From positions 1 through 60,108 of IMG/VR virus record IMGVR_UViG_3300045000_000060: a DNA stretch of 60,108 nucleotides, one strand, 5' to 3'. Within the stretch, counting starts at the first letter, position 1. The number at the start of each line of letters is the position of its first letter. Shown here piece by piece: positions 26,532 through 34,691 of this stretch. Source of the stretch: a virus. Taxonomy: Duplodnaviria; Caudoviricetes. A program made the translations under genes and the position numbers. A model generated the notes under the pieces. That model saw only the letters and a list, made by a program, of their open reading frames with translations, made no database searches and was not told the origin of the DNA.

Positions 26532-26786
26532 ATGGTCGGCATGACCAAACCGCCGCTGTGTATCATTCGGGAAGGCGACGCTGTGCCCCAGTGGCCAGAG
26601 GAACTGCTTTACTCAGTCGATGCCTTCGATCCTCGCGAGAACTTGAGCAGAGTGCTCGCCCGCGTAAGCGATATTGACGTGGCGCTGGCGGCCTTCATGA
26701 CTGCCGTGGTGAAGTTCCCAAACAAGCGCATCACTTTGCGCGACGGCGCCCGCATAATCCGCCGCAGCGATGAGATGAGCCGGTGA
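26532..26786 (+). CDS. hypothetical protein
   Basis: VLARVSDIDVALAAF...ITLRDGARII. Confidence 0.65.
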   Translation: MVGMTKPPLCIIREGDAVPQWPEELLYSVDAFDPRENLSRVLARVSDIDVALAAFMTAVVKFPNKRITLRDGARIIRRSDEMSR

Positions 26787-27070
26787 CGTGGGACACGCCC
26801 CTCGCCCGCCCGCTTAAGCCGCGCGACCATGCTGCGCTTGAGACCCTGGCCGACGCCCGCGCCTACGTGTTCAAGCTGCCGCCGGCGATGGCCGGATGGC
26901 AAGCGTGGGTCCGCGCGATCGAGCTGCTGCTGGCAGCCGCCGCGAACCCGACCAAGGCGGCGATCGTCGCGGCGACCGAGCAGCTCGAGCTGGCAATGTT
27001 TCATTCCGCGCGGACCGACATGCCCGCTGACGAGGCCCTAAAACGCAAAAAAGCCCCGCCATCCGGTTAG
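26783..27070 (+). CDS. hypothetical protein
   Basis: WDTPL...LETLADARAYV...W..AIELLLAAA. Confidence 0.7.
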   Translation: MTWDTPLARPLKPRDHAALETLADARAYVFKLPPAMAGWQAWVRAIELLLAAAANPTKAAIVAATEQLELAMFHSARTDMPADEALKRKKAPPSG

Positions 27071-27117
27071 GGGCAGCGGGGCCAAGTCAGGGAGGAAACG
27101 CCCAAGGAGGGCAAGTC
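27047..27117 (-). ncRNA. MmgR/SuhB (alpha-r8)-like sRNA with intrinsic terminator
   Basis: reverse complement GCCCTCCTTGGGCGTTTCCTCCCTGACTTGGCCCCGC...GCGGGGCTTTTTT. Confidence 0.75.
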
Positions 27118-27323
27118 ACCGTCCGGCGAAGATGGTGATCAACCCCGGACGGCTTCTCGTGCGGCGGTGAACCGCCGAATTCAATACCCGAACAAAACGC
27201 GGAAGGCGGTACGCGCGGCCTTGCCGAAGACGCCGTTGGCGGTGCACACCGCCGCGACGGCCCAAGTGCTGAAGAAGATGCTCAAGCCGATCAGCGGCAC
27301 GTCGGGGCGCCAGGCGCGGATGT

Positions 27324-27539
27324 TCATCGAAGCCCCTCGAATAGGCGGGTACGGTCGGTGAGGTTGAGCGAGCGAGCATGGCGATTAATCTCGCGCCTCA
27401 CGTGCTCGCGGATCGCCCCGACGCAAACCGGGCAGCCGCGCGTCGGCGGCCAATCAGCGACGGGCGGGAACGAAACGAATTCGACGTCGTGGATGTGGCA
27501 GCGCAGGCCCGCCCGTCGGATCGTCTCGCCGCGCCCCAT
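27324..27539 (-). CDS. small hypothetical protein
   Basis: CHIH...CPVC; in the late operon tail. Confidence 0.45.
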   Translation of the reverse strand: MGRGETIRRAGLRCHIHDVEFVSFPPVADWPPTRGCPVCVGAIREHVRREINRHARSLNLTDRTRLFEGLR

Positions 27540-27543
27540 GGCG

Positions 27544-28161
27544 TCACCCGGCCGCGGCGTAGACGCGCCGGTGGTGCCGGTGTGCGACCTTGCGGCGATG
27601 ATCGCGGGCCGCGTAGCGGTGCACGCCCGCAAGCTCAAAATGCCCTTGGTCAGGGTTGCCCCAAACCGCCCCATGCGTGAGCCCGTGGCGCGCCGCCATC
27701 GCGGTCACGCCCGCCGGAAAGGCTCGCGTGACGCGATTGCGGCCGGTCTGGTTGATGTCGATCGCCAGGCCGCGCGGGTGCATGTCGCATCGCCGGCAGC
27801 TGCCATGCGCCCGCCAGCCGCCCATGAAGCTGATGCGATAGCCAGCTGAGACCAAGTCCGAAACAAAGCCGGTGAAATTGTCTGCAGCCTTCGCTGCAAC
27901 CGTGATCGAGATCCCGGCCGCCGTCTTGACAGTGACCAGGCTAGCAACGGCCCCACGATGATGGTCGCGAGCACGAGCGATGCGATGACCGCGAAAGGAC
28001 CGCGCCGAAGCGCGCGTCTCACTTCTGGTCCAACAGCGGACCCCCCTGCCGCCGGCTGGCGTCGTGTAGCTCCGGCAGACCTGATGAGAATTAGAATGGC
28101 GGGCGGCCGAAGCCGGCAAGGCGAACAGGCATAGGAATAGCGTGGCGATGAGATATCGCAT
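27544..28161 (-). CDS. M15-family Zn peptidase with signal peptide (second muralytic enzyme)
   Basis: MHPRGLAIDIN...DQGHFEL; Sec signal ending ASA. Confidence 0.8.
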   Translation of the reverse strand: MRYLIATLFLCLFALPASAARHSNSHQVCRSYTTPAGGRGVRCWTRSETRASARSFRGHRIARARDHHRGAVASLVTVKTAAGISITVAAKAADNFTGFVSDLVSAGYRISFMGGWRAHGSCRRCDMHPRGLAIDINQTGRNRVTRAFPAGVTAMAARHGLTHGAVWGNPDQGHFELAGVHRYAARDHRRKVAHRHHRRVYAAAG

Positions 28162-28208
28162 GTCGGTTTTCCCCGTGCTGTGAAGGTGACGCGGTTACAA
28201 AAAGCGGG

Positions 28209-28556
28209 TCAGCGCCAGTTGATATGCGCCGTGAACCAAGCCCAGACTTCCTTGAGAACGAAGCCGGCGGCGATCAGGACCAGCGAACCGAGCCCGACCA
28301 GCACGGCGACGCCGCCATTGATGCGCTGGCGCAATTGCTCGTGCTCGAGGACCGTGGGCTCCATGCTGGTCACGGTTGACTGCACCTGCTGCAGCGTCGC
28401 GTTCATGCTGTCTTGTTTTTCGTGCATCAACCGCCGCGAGACGCGGGCTTCGTCCTGCTCCGCCATGATGTTGGCATGCTGAGTCTGCATGATCCCGATC
28501 TCTTGCTTGATATCGAGCAGAAGATTGATCGGCGTTCGCGTCGTTTCATCCGTCAT
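28209..28556 (-). CDS. coiled-coil plus C-terminal TM protein (lysis cassette)
   Basis: single C-terminal hydrophobic helix. Confidence 0.7.
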   Translation of the reverse strand: MTDETTRTPINLLLDIKQEIGIMQTQHANIMAEQDEARVSRRLMHEKQDSMNATLQQVQSTVTSMEPTVLEHEQLRQRINGGVAVLVGLGSLVLIAAGFVLKEVWAWFTAHINWR

Positions 28557-28644
28557 CCGTGTTCCGCTCTGTCGGCGTCGACAGTTAGACGACGGGGACC
28601 GGCCTCACGGCCGGTCCCGATGGTGTCCCCGTGCATGTCGCCGA

Positions 28645-29010
28645 TCAGGCAGCCGGAGCGGCCGGTGCCGCCGCCGGCGTCGCATTCGCCGCGATCGCAT
28701 CCTTGGTGGCGGCGTTGTCGGTGCTGAGCTCGGCTGCGGCTTGGTCGAGATCGGCCTGCACTTGCGCCAGCGCTGCCGCATCCACGCCGGCCGCCTTGAG
28801 CTGCGCCGCCGTGTCGGCGAGAATCTTGTTTTGCTCTGCGGCTAATTTGCGCAGCGATGCGTTCTCGCTTCGCTCCTCGGCCACGGCCGCGAGAATCTTA
28901 CTCGTGTCGATCATTAAAGCCTCCAATGCTCTGAGGATTGCCACTCGGAATGATCGCTCGGCCTCAGAGTCCCGAGCGAAATGATAGTGGTGGTGGATCT
29001 CGACTGTCAT
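28645..29010 (-). CDS. Ala-rich coiled-coil hypothetical protein
   Basis: VEIHHHYHF...AANATPAAAP. Confidence 0.7.
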   Translation of the reverse strand: MTVEIHHHYHFARDSEAERSFRVAILRALEALMIDTSKILAAVAEERSENASLRKLAAEQNKILADTAAQLKAAGVDAAALAQVQADLDQAAAELSTDNAATKDAIAANATPAAAPAAPAA

Positions 29011-29237
29011 GATGCTGCGCCCCGCCGGCGCGGCCATCCGGCCTTCGGCAGCCGCGCCCACCAGATCATGTCGCGCGTTCCGTTATGCTCGCCCTCGCGC
29101 ACCCAGTTGGGCACGGTCGGCTTGCCGTCGAGATTGTAGGTGACACAGGACGCGATATAGACCTGCTCGCCGTCGCTGACCTGGTAGCGGCCATTGTCGG
29201 GCGGCAATTCGGAGGGCGGATACCGCTTCACGGTCAC
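29007..29237 (-). CDS. hypothetical protein
   Basis: coupled on both sides. Confidence 0.5.
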   Translation of the reverse strand: MTVKRYPPSELPPDNGRYQVSDGEQVYIASCVTYNLDGKPTVPNWVREGEHNGTRDMIWWARLPKAGWPRRRGAAS

Positions 29238-29473
29238 TTTGTCTTCTGGTGCGCTGCGCAAGCGCGCGCGATGTCGCGGTCGCCAATCGCTTCGACCACA
29301 ACGCGCGCGAGCGCGGAATCCTTTGCCGCTCGCAATTCCTTCGCCACCTGTTTCTGGAACGCAGGCGCCCAGGTCCGCACCGGCGGGCAGACGACGGCGG
29401 TCGCCTGCCCGTCCGGCAAGTTGCACGACATGACGATGCCGAGAAACCCGAAGCACATCACCCCGGCGCTCAT
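29234..29473 (-). CDS. o-spanin-like lipoprotein
   Basis: VMSC lipobox; CPP...RAC; follows the i-spanin. Confidence 0.6.
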   Translation of the reverse strand: MSAGVMCFGFLGIVMSCNLPDGQATAVVCPPVRTWAPAFQKQVAKELRAAKDSALARVVVEAIGDRDIARACAAHQKTK

Positions 29474-29724
29474 GCGGTGCCATCCTCGAGCCGCTTCAAG
29501 GCGTCGTCCGTGGTTTTCGGCGCATTGTGCTCGGCCGCGAGTTCGCGCTCGGCCGCATCACGGCCGGCCACGGCCTGGTCGCGATCGGACTGCGCGCGGC
29601 CGAGCGCGGTCTGGGTCTGGCTGGCCTGCCAGGAGTTGAAGCCGTCGAGCGCGAGCTTGACGACGGCGCCGAGAATGAGGCTCAGCCCCTGCGAGCCGAG
29701 CCAGCCGAGCGCCAAGCTAAGCAT
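29470..29724 (-). CDS. i-spanin-like protein
   Basis: N-terminal TM plus coiled coil. Confidence 0.6.
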   Translation of the reverse strand: MLSLALGWLGSQGLSLILGAVVKLALDGFNSWQASQTQTALGRAQSDRDQAVAGRDAAERELAAEHNAPKTTDDALKRLEDGTA

Positions 29725-30271
29725 TGCCGGCCGGCGGCGTCACGGTATTGGCGACCTGCGGCAGCTTGGCGACGATCTTCTGCGCGACCGACTCCGGCGT
29801 GATGCCGAAATGCGCGAGCGCGTCGGGCGCCGACTTGAGCACCAGGTTGACCGCAGAGGCGACGGCGGGGTTGCCGACCTCGATCGACTTGCCCTGCAAC
29901 GAATTGCCCAGCTTGTTGAGCGCCAGGCCCGCCCCGTTGGTCAGCGCGGTCTGCAGCGCGTCGCGATGGGAGGCGTCGATGTCGAGATTGAACTTGCTCT
30001 TGAGCAGCACCAGGAGCCAGCCGACGCCGAGCGTGATGAGCGAGCCGACGATGTCGACGATATAGGGGCGGAAGCCGCCGTAAATGCCGCCGACGTCGAC
30101 CGCCGTGGCCGACTGGGCGAGCGCGACGGTCGCGCCGAGCGTGAGCAGCATCAGGCCAACCGAGGCCCACGCCGCGAAGGCGAAGAAGCCGAAGAGCCCG
30201 GAGGCGGCGAAGCGATAGGCGATCGGATGCGGCGAAGCGAACGCCGCCGCGCGGCGAGCGAGGTACTTCAT
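29717..30271 (-). CDS. holin-like membrane protein
   Basis: TM helices; HRDALQTALTNGAG...APDALAHFG. Confidence 0.65.
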   Translation of the reverse strand: MKYLARRAAAFASPHPIAYRFAASGLFGFFAFAAWASVGLMLLTLGATVALAQSATAVDVGGIYGGFRPYIVDIVGSLITLGVGWLLVLLKSKFNLDIDASHRDALQTALTNGAGLALNKLGNSLQGKSIEVGNPAVASAVNLVLKSAPDALAHFGITPESVAQKIVAKLPQVANTVTPPAGNA

Positions 30272-30326
30272 GTGACACCTATGATCTTGGATTGGCCCGG
30301 CTTGACCCGGCCGGGAGACGGGGATT

Positions 30327-30530
30327 TTAACGGCTGATGCGGCGCGCGATCGCCCAGATCAGCGTGAACAGGAGCGCGAAGGCCATCAGCGGAATCGCGG
30401 GCAGGAATGCGAAGCCTGCAAAGGCGCCCCGCCCTGTCTCGCCGCCGCTCATCTGGAACAGCAGCACGATGCCGATCCATGCGGCGGCTAGAATCCAGAA
30501 CCCGATCGCGACGCCCTTGAGGAAGCTCAT
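30327..30530 (-). CDS. small two-TM protein (holin/antiholin candidate)
   Basis: two hydrophobic helices, basic C-terminus. Confidence 0.55.
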   Translation of the reverse strand: MSFLKGVAIGFWILAAAWIGIVLLFQMSGGETGRGAFAGFAFLPAIPLMAFALLFTLIWAIARRISR

Positions 30531-30540
30531 GCGATCTCCG

Positions 30541-30840
30541 TCAGGTGGCCTGGCGAGTATCGAGCCAGCGCTCCATCGCGTCGATGTCGCCGGTGAACTT
30601 GACCTCGTCGAACTTTCCGCAGCGCCAGCTGTAATCGGGTGCGAAGTAGATCGCATCGAACACCGGATCGAGTGCCATGAGGCGACCGTCCGGATCACGC
30701 TCGGGACCCATGAGGCACCGGATCGTGAGATCGTGGATCTGGACCTGACTCCCTCCGCGACCAACGCGCGCCCGCGCTTCGATAAGCACGAGTTCGGGGC
30801 GCACCTGACCAGGATCGACGGTGCGAAAGTGCCCAATCAT
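30541..30840 (-). CDS. hypothetical protein
   Basis: coupled to the endolysin gene. Confidence 0.55.
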   Translation of the reverse strand: MIGHFRTVDPGQVRPELVLIEARARVGRGGSQVQIHDLTIRCLMGPERDPDGRLMALDPVFDAIYFAPDYSWRCGKFDEVKFTGDIDAMERWLDTRQAT

Positions 30841-31673
30841 CCGTGCGCGGCCTTGGCGACCGCGAGGCGCGTTAGCGGCCCGGCGACGCCGTCAGGCACT
30901 AGGCCGTGCTTGAGCTGGAACTGGGTCACCGCCTCGCGCGTCGCCTCGCCGATCCTGCCGTCGACCGCGAGTTCCGGTTTCGCGCCTGCGCTGTTGAGAT
31001 GCGCCTGCAGCCAGGCCGGCGAGATCAGCTCGTTGGGCGCCAATGCCGACGTTGGCGCCGTATGCACGCCGGGCGCGATGTCCTCGTGGTCGCCGGGGTG
31101 CAGCCGCTCGATGTAGTCGGTCACGGCGGCCACCAGGTCGGCCTTCACCATATGGCGGCCCGGGCAGGACTTGTGGGTGGTGACCGGGTCCTCCTTGTGG
31201 AAGTGCAGCCCGCGCACGCCGAGCTTCTGGTCAGCCGGGTTGAGCCCGATGCGGGCGTGCAGGATGCCGAGCACCGCCACTAGGTTGTCGCGCGTGCCGC
31301 CGTCGAACGGCTCATGCTCGAACTCGCCGACCGTCTCGATCCCCCAGGTGCGCGAATTCCACGCTGGCGAATGGGTGCCCGGCATCGTGAAGGGCGTGAA
31401 CAGCAGGATGCCGTCGGGGGCGACGAAGGCGTGCGGCCCGCCGCTCCACCCCATGCCAGCGTAATAGCTCGCGAGATTGTGCGCCCATTGCTCCGGCGTC
31501 CAGTTGCCGTGCTTGCCCGGGTTGGCACGCCATTCGCGATAGAGCGCGAGGTCGGGCTCGCTGGTGTTGTGCACCACCACGAAGCTCGGCCGCCAGCCGG
31601 TGAACGTCAGGCTGTCGACATGGGCCTGGAAGCCCGCGACGTCGACGAATCTTCCGACAATGCCTTTCCACAT
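30837..31673 (-). CDS. endolysin: N-acetylmuramoyl-L-alanine amidase plus PG-binding domain
   Basis: VVVHNT, GPH, GIETVG, HFHKE, KSCPG; VDGRIGEATREAVTQFQ...PDGVAGPLT. Confidence 0.9.
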   Translation of the reverse strand: MWKGIVGRFVDVAGFQAHVDSLTFTGWRPSFVVVHNTSEPDLALYREWRANPGKHGNWTPEQWAHNLASYYAGMGWSGGPHAFVAPDGILLFTPFTMPGTHSPAWNSRTWGIETVGEFEHEPFDGGTRDNLVAVLGILHARIGLNPADQKLGVRGLHFHKEDPVTTHKSCPGRHMVKADLVAAVTDYIERLHPGDHEDIAPGVHTAPTSALAPNELISPAWLQAHLNSAGAKPELAVDGRIGEATREAVTQFQLKHGLVPDGVAGPLTRLAVAKAAHG

Positions 31674-31683
31674 GGTGGTTTCC

Positions 31684-32019
31684 TCAGTCGGTTAGCGGCG
31701 GCGCGAAGAAGCAGCGACGCGATCCATCCGGCCGCTTGCAGCGCCAATAGGCGCCATCCGGAGACGGCTGCGCCTCGGATTCCGGAATGACCTCGACCAC
31801 GAAGGGACGCACCGATCCACGCACCGGCGCGCTCCACAGCACAAAGGCGCCATCGGAGTTGCGGGTGACGTGCGCTCCGTGGACGAGGAAGCAGTCACCC
31901 TCCCCGCAGCAAAACTCGCCAGCGGCGTTGCGATGGGCGCCGCGGCTGATCCAGCTGTCGTGGGCTGACGCAACATTAAGAGCGCCGGCGAGCGCCAGCG
32001 CGGCAAGGATCATCCGCAT
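31684..32019 (-). CDS. secreted Cys-rich protein
   Basis: signal peptide; CCGEGDC...SPDG..WRC...RCFF. Confidence 0.75.
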   Translation of the reverse strand: MRMILAALALAGALNVASAHDSWISRGAHRNAAGEFCCGEGDCFLVHGAHVTRNSDGAFVLWSAPVRGSVRPFVVEVIPESEAQPSPDGAYWRCKRPDGSRRCFFAPPLTD

Positions 32020-32072
32020 GGGAGAGGTGCTCTCGGGGTGGTTGTCGTTTCCAAGCTGAGGCGCCGATCCAC

Positions 32073-34181
32073 CTACGGACCGATCCAGTGGCCGCCAAAA
32101 TATGTGACGTTGGTTGCGCCCTGGACGGTCGCCGTTCCCGCCGATGTCGTGATGAGGGCTTGTACGGTATAGACGTCCGAGCCATTGGCGGCGTCTTCCA
32201 CATAGACGCTAGCAGCGGCGTCATTTGTCGCGGCCGAATTCAGGTTTTGGCGAAGCGCCGACCCGTTCTTGTAGATCGCGATCGCGCATTGCGTGCCCGT
32301 CGTGATCGTTCCCGTTGCATTGAAGGCTGCAAAAAGACTGACCTTTCCAGCCGGCGGGGTCCAGGCATTGCTCGCGAAATTACCATTGACGTTGTAGACG
32401 ACCGTCGGCCAAGTGAGGGCCGTGAAGGTAGCGGTCACGATGCCGGTTTGATCCGTCCCGCCCTTGGTGACCGAGAATGCAGGAACCGCGCCGACGTTTC
32501 CAAACGGCAGGAGGCCGGTGATCGTCGCGCCCGCCCCGAGGTTGACGGTGAGCGCACCCGCCGCCGACAGCGCACCGGCACCGGACAGTGTTTTCGGTAG
32601 CGGATCAACGCCGGTCTGCCCAACTAAGACTTGCCCATCGGTCATCGCGGCGGTGGCCACCATCGCGGCGGTATTTGCGCCCAGCACGACGCCATGCGCC
32701 GTAAATGTGGCCGCCCCGGTACCCCCTTCGGCCACCGGCAACTTGGTTATGTTCCCCGTGCCCGCATCCGCGACCGGCGTTGCCGAGCAATTATAATAGC
32801 CGGGCGCTAACCGGACCGCCGCGGAGTTGCTGCGCAGGTTGATGCAGGTATTGGCGCCGCCGTTGTCGATTGTCAGGCCGCCGATGAACCCGCCCGAGAC
32901 CTTGCCGACGTCGACCATGTTGGTGACGCCGCCGAAGCCGGTCATTGTCACGCCGATGATGTTGATGTCGGTCAGCGCCGCTGCGGACGTGTTGTCGACC
33001 GTGATCGCGTTCGCACCGGTCGCCCCGGCAATCGATCCGCCGGTGATGTTCACGCGGGTGAGCGTCACCGCCGTGTTGATGAAGATACCGGTCGACGTGA
33101 AGCTCTCGATCGAGTTGTTGGTCAGGATCGGGTTGGCCGAGCCGCCCAGGTTCCAGTTGATGTAAATGCCGTATTTGCCGAACAAAAATTTGGAGTTTGA
33201 GATCTTCAAGCCGCCGCTGCTGTTGATCTGCAACGCCGCGCCGTTGGTGTTGTCGGTCGACAGGAACATGCTGTCGCTGATGAACGAGTCGCCGTAATCT
33301 GCGGAAAGCTGGTTCTCGACCAGCGCGCCGACCTTCGAGTTGGAATAGACGTGATCGAGATGCTGCTGCGCCGCATCGATCAGGTGGATGCCGTTGATGT
33401 GGTTGACCATCCACACGTCGCGGAAGGTGTTCTCCACATAGACGTTGCCGTATTTCGCGGCGACGCCGGCTCCGGGCGTGTTGCCGGCCGGCGGCGAGAC
33501 CGTGATGCTGCCGCCGCTCGCCTTGGCGGTGATGGTCGAGAACAGCGTGGCGCCGGCCGCCGCGCAGCTCGTGAGCGCGATGCGCTGGCCGATCGAGGCC
33601 CCCGTGAAGCCGAGCGACGCGCTGGTCACCGTGCCGCTGCCGTTGGTGCAGATCGCGTCCGCGAGGGCGCCCTGGTCGTCGCCCACCGCGATCGCGTCGT
33701 CGCCCGCCTGCGGGGTGCCGGCGCGGTTGAGGTAGCAGCCGGTCATCCGCGCGTAGCTCGCGCGGAAGGCGAACATCACCCCGCCGCCCTGGGCACCGTT
33801 GAAGGTGCCGCCGCTGGCGTTGAGGAAGGGCGCGCACCAGATGTCGATCGGGCCGTTGACGATGATCGGCGCGTTGATGTTGTAATTGCTGCGCGGCACC
33901 AGCAGCCGGCCCGCCGCGCCCGTGCTCGTGATCGAGTTGATGGCCGCCTGGATCGCCGCCGTATTGACCGCGGCGCTCGCGCTCGGCGAGGCCCCGAAGG
34001 TCTCGATGTTGACCGATAAAGTCGTGCCCGGGACGGAACTAAACCCGGCCTGTCCCGGGCCGCGGCCGATCGGAACGGCGCCGGCCGGCACCTGCACCTG
34101 CGCCGCGGCCGGCCCGATGAATCCGATCCAGGCATAGAACAGCACGGCGCAGGCGCGCGCGAGCGAGCTCACGATCTTCAT
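32073..34181 (-). CDS. tailspike/receptor-binding protein (beta-helix plus C1q-like C-terminus) with signal-like N-terminus
   Basis: SVNIETFGA...NTAAIQAAI pectate-lyase-3-like start; Asn/Gly/Ile-rich repeats. Confidence 0.8.
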   Translation of the reverse strand: MKIVSSLARACAVLFYAWIGFIGPAAAQVQVPAGAVPIGRGPGQAGFSSVPGTTLSVNIETFGASPSASAAVNTAAIQAAINSITSTGAAGRLLVPRSNYNINAPIIVNGPIDIWCAPFLNASGGTFNGAQGGGVMFAFRASYARMTGCYLNRAGTPQAGDDAIAVGDDQGALADAICTNGSGTVTSASLGFTGASIGQRIALTSCAAAGATLFSTITAKASGGSITVSPPAGNTPGAGVAAKYGNVYVENTFRDVWMVNHINGIHLIDAAQQHLDHVYSNSKVGALVENQLSADYGDSFISDSMFLSTDNTNGAALQINSSGGLKISNSKFLFGKYGIYINWNLGGSANPILTNNSIESFTSTGIFINTAVTLTRVNITGGSIAGATGANAITVDNTSAAALTDINIIGVTMTGFGGVTNMVDVGKVSGGFIGGLTIDNGGANTCINLRSNSAAVRLAPGYYNCSATPVADAGTGNITKLPVAEGGTGAATFTAHGVVLGANTAAMVATAAMTDGQVLVGQTGVDPLPKTLSGAGALSAAGALTVNLGAGATITGLLPFGNVGAVPAFSVTKGGTDQTGIVTATFTALTWPTVVYNVNGNFASNAWTPPAGKVSLFAAFNATGTITTGTQCAIAIYKNGSALRQNLNSAATNDAAASVYVEDAANGSDVYTVQALITTSAGTATVQGATNVTYFGGHWIGP

Positions 34182-34234
34182 GGTCGATTGTCCGTTGAGA
34201 TTGAGAGAGAGGTTGCGAAAACGCTAGCCGCAGC

Positions 34235-34690
34235 TCAGACGCCGACGATCCAGCCGGCCGGGGTGAGAGCGATGCTGGGATAGAACTTCTGGGAAATTCC
34301 CATGCCGACGCCGGCCGACGTCATGGTCCAGGCCGACGATCCCGTCAGTCCACCGATCTCATCCGTGCCGTTCGGCGTCAGCGTGATTGTCGCCGCGGCC
34401 GTCTTGGCGTAGTCGATGATCGTCAGCGGCGCCTTGTTTCTGTTTATGATCGCGCCGAGCGTGAGCGCGACGGTGCCGGCGACCGCGAGATTGATCACGA
34501 TCAGGACGTCCCCGTCCGCGACCGTATAAGGCCCCGCCACAGTGATGATGCGCGGCGCAGCGAGGCTCGCAGCTTCGATGGCGGCGGCCCAGTCTCGAAT
34601 GTCAGATTTGACCGGCTTGTTCGCGCCACTCGACGGAACACCGTCCGTCACGTAATCGCGCCAAATTTCGTTCGCCGTCTTGATCGGCAT
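34235..34690 (-). CDS. tail fibre/adaptor protein
   Basis: TANEIWRDYVTDGVPSSG..KP.K.DIR.W. Confidence 0.7.
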   Translation of the reverse strand: MPIKTANEIWRDYVTDGVPSSGANKPVKSDIRDWAAAIEAASLAAPRIITVAGPYTVADGDVLIVINLAVAGTVALTLGAIINRNKAPLTIIDYAKTAAATITLTPNGTDEIGGLTGSSAWTMTSAGVGMGISQKFYPSIALTPAGWIVGV

Positions 34691-34691
34691 G

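Noticed and set aside
32791-33837. long same-strand alternative-frame ORFs (also 41264-42157, 53300-54091)
   Set aside because: Arg-rich +2-frame artefacts of high third-position GC, with no conserved motifs, unlike the methylase +1 ORFs.
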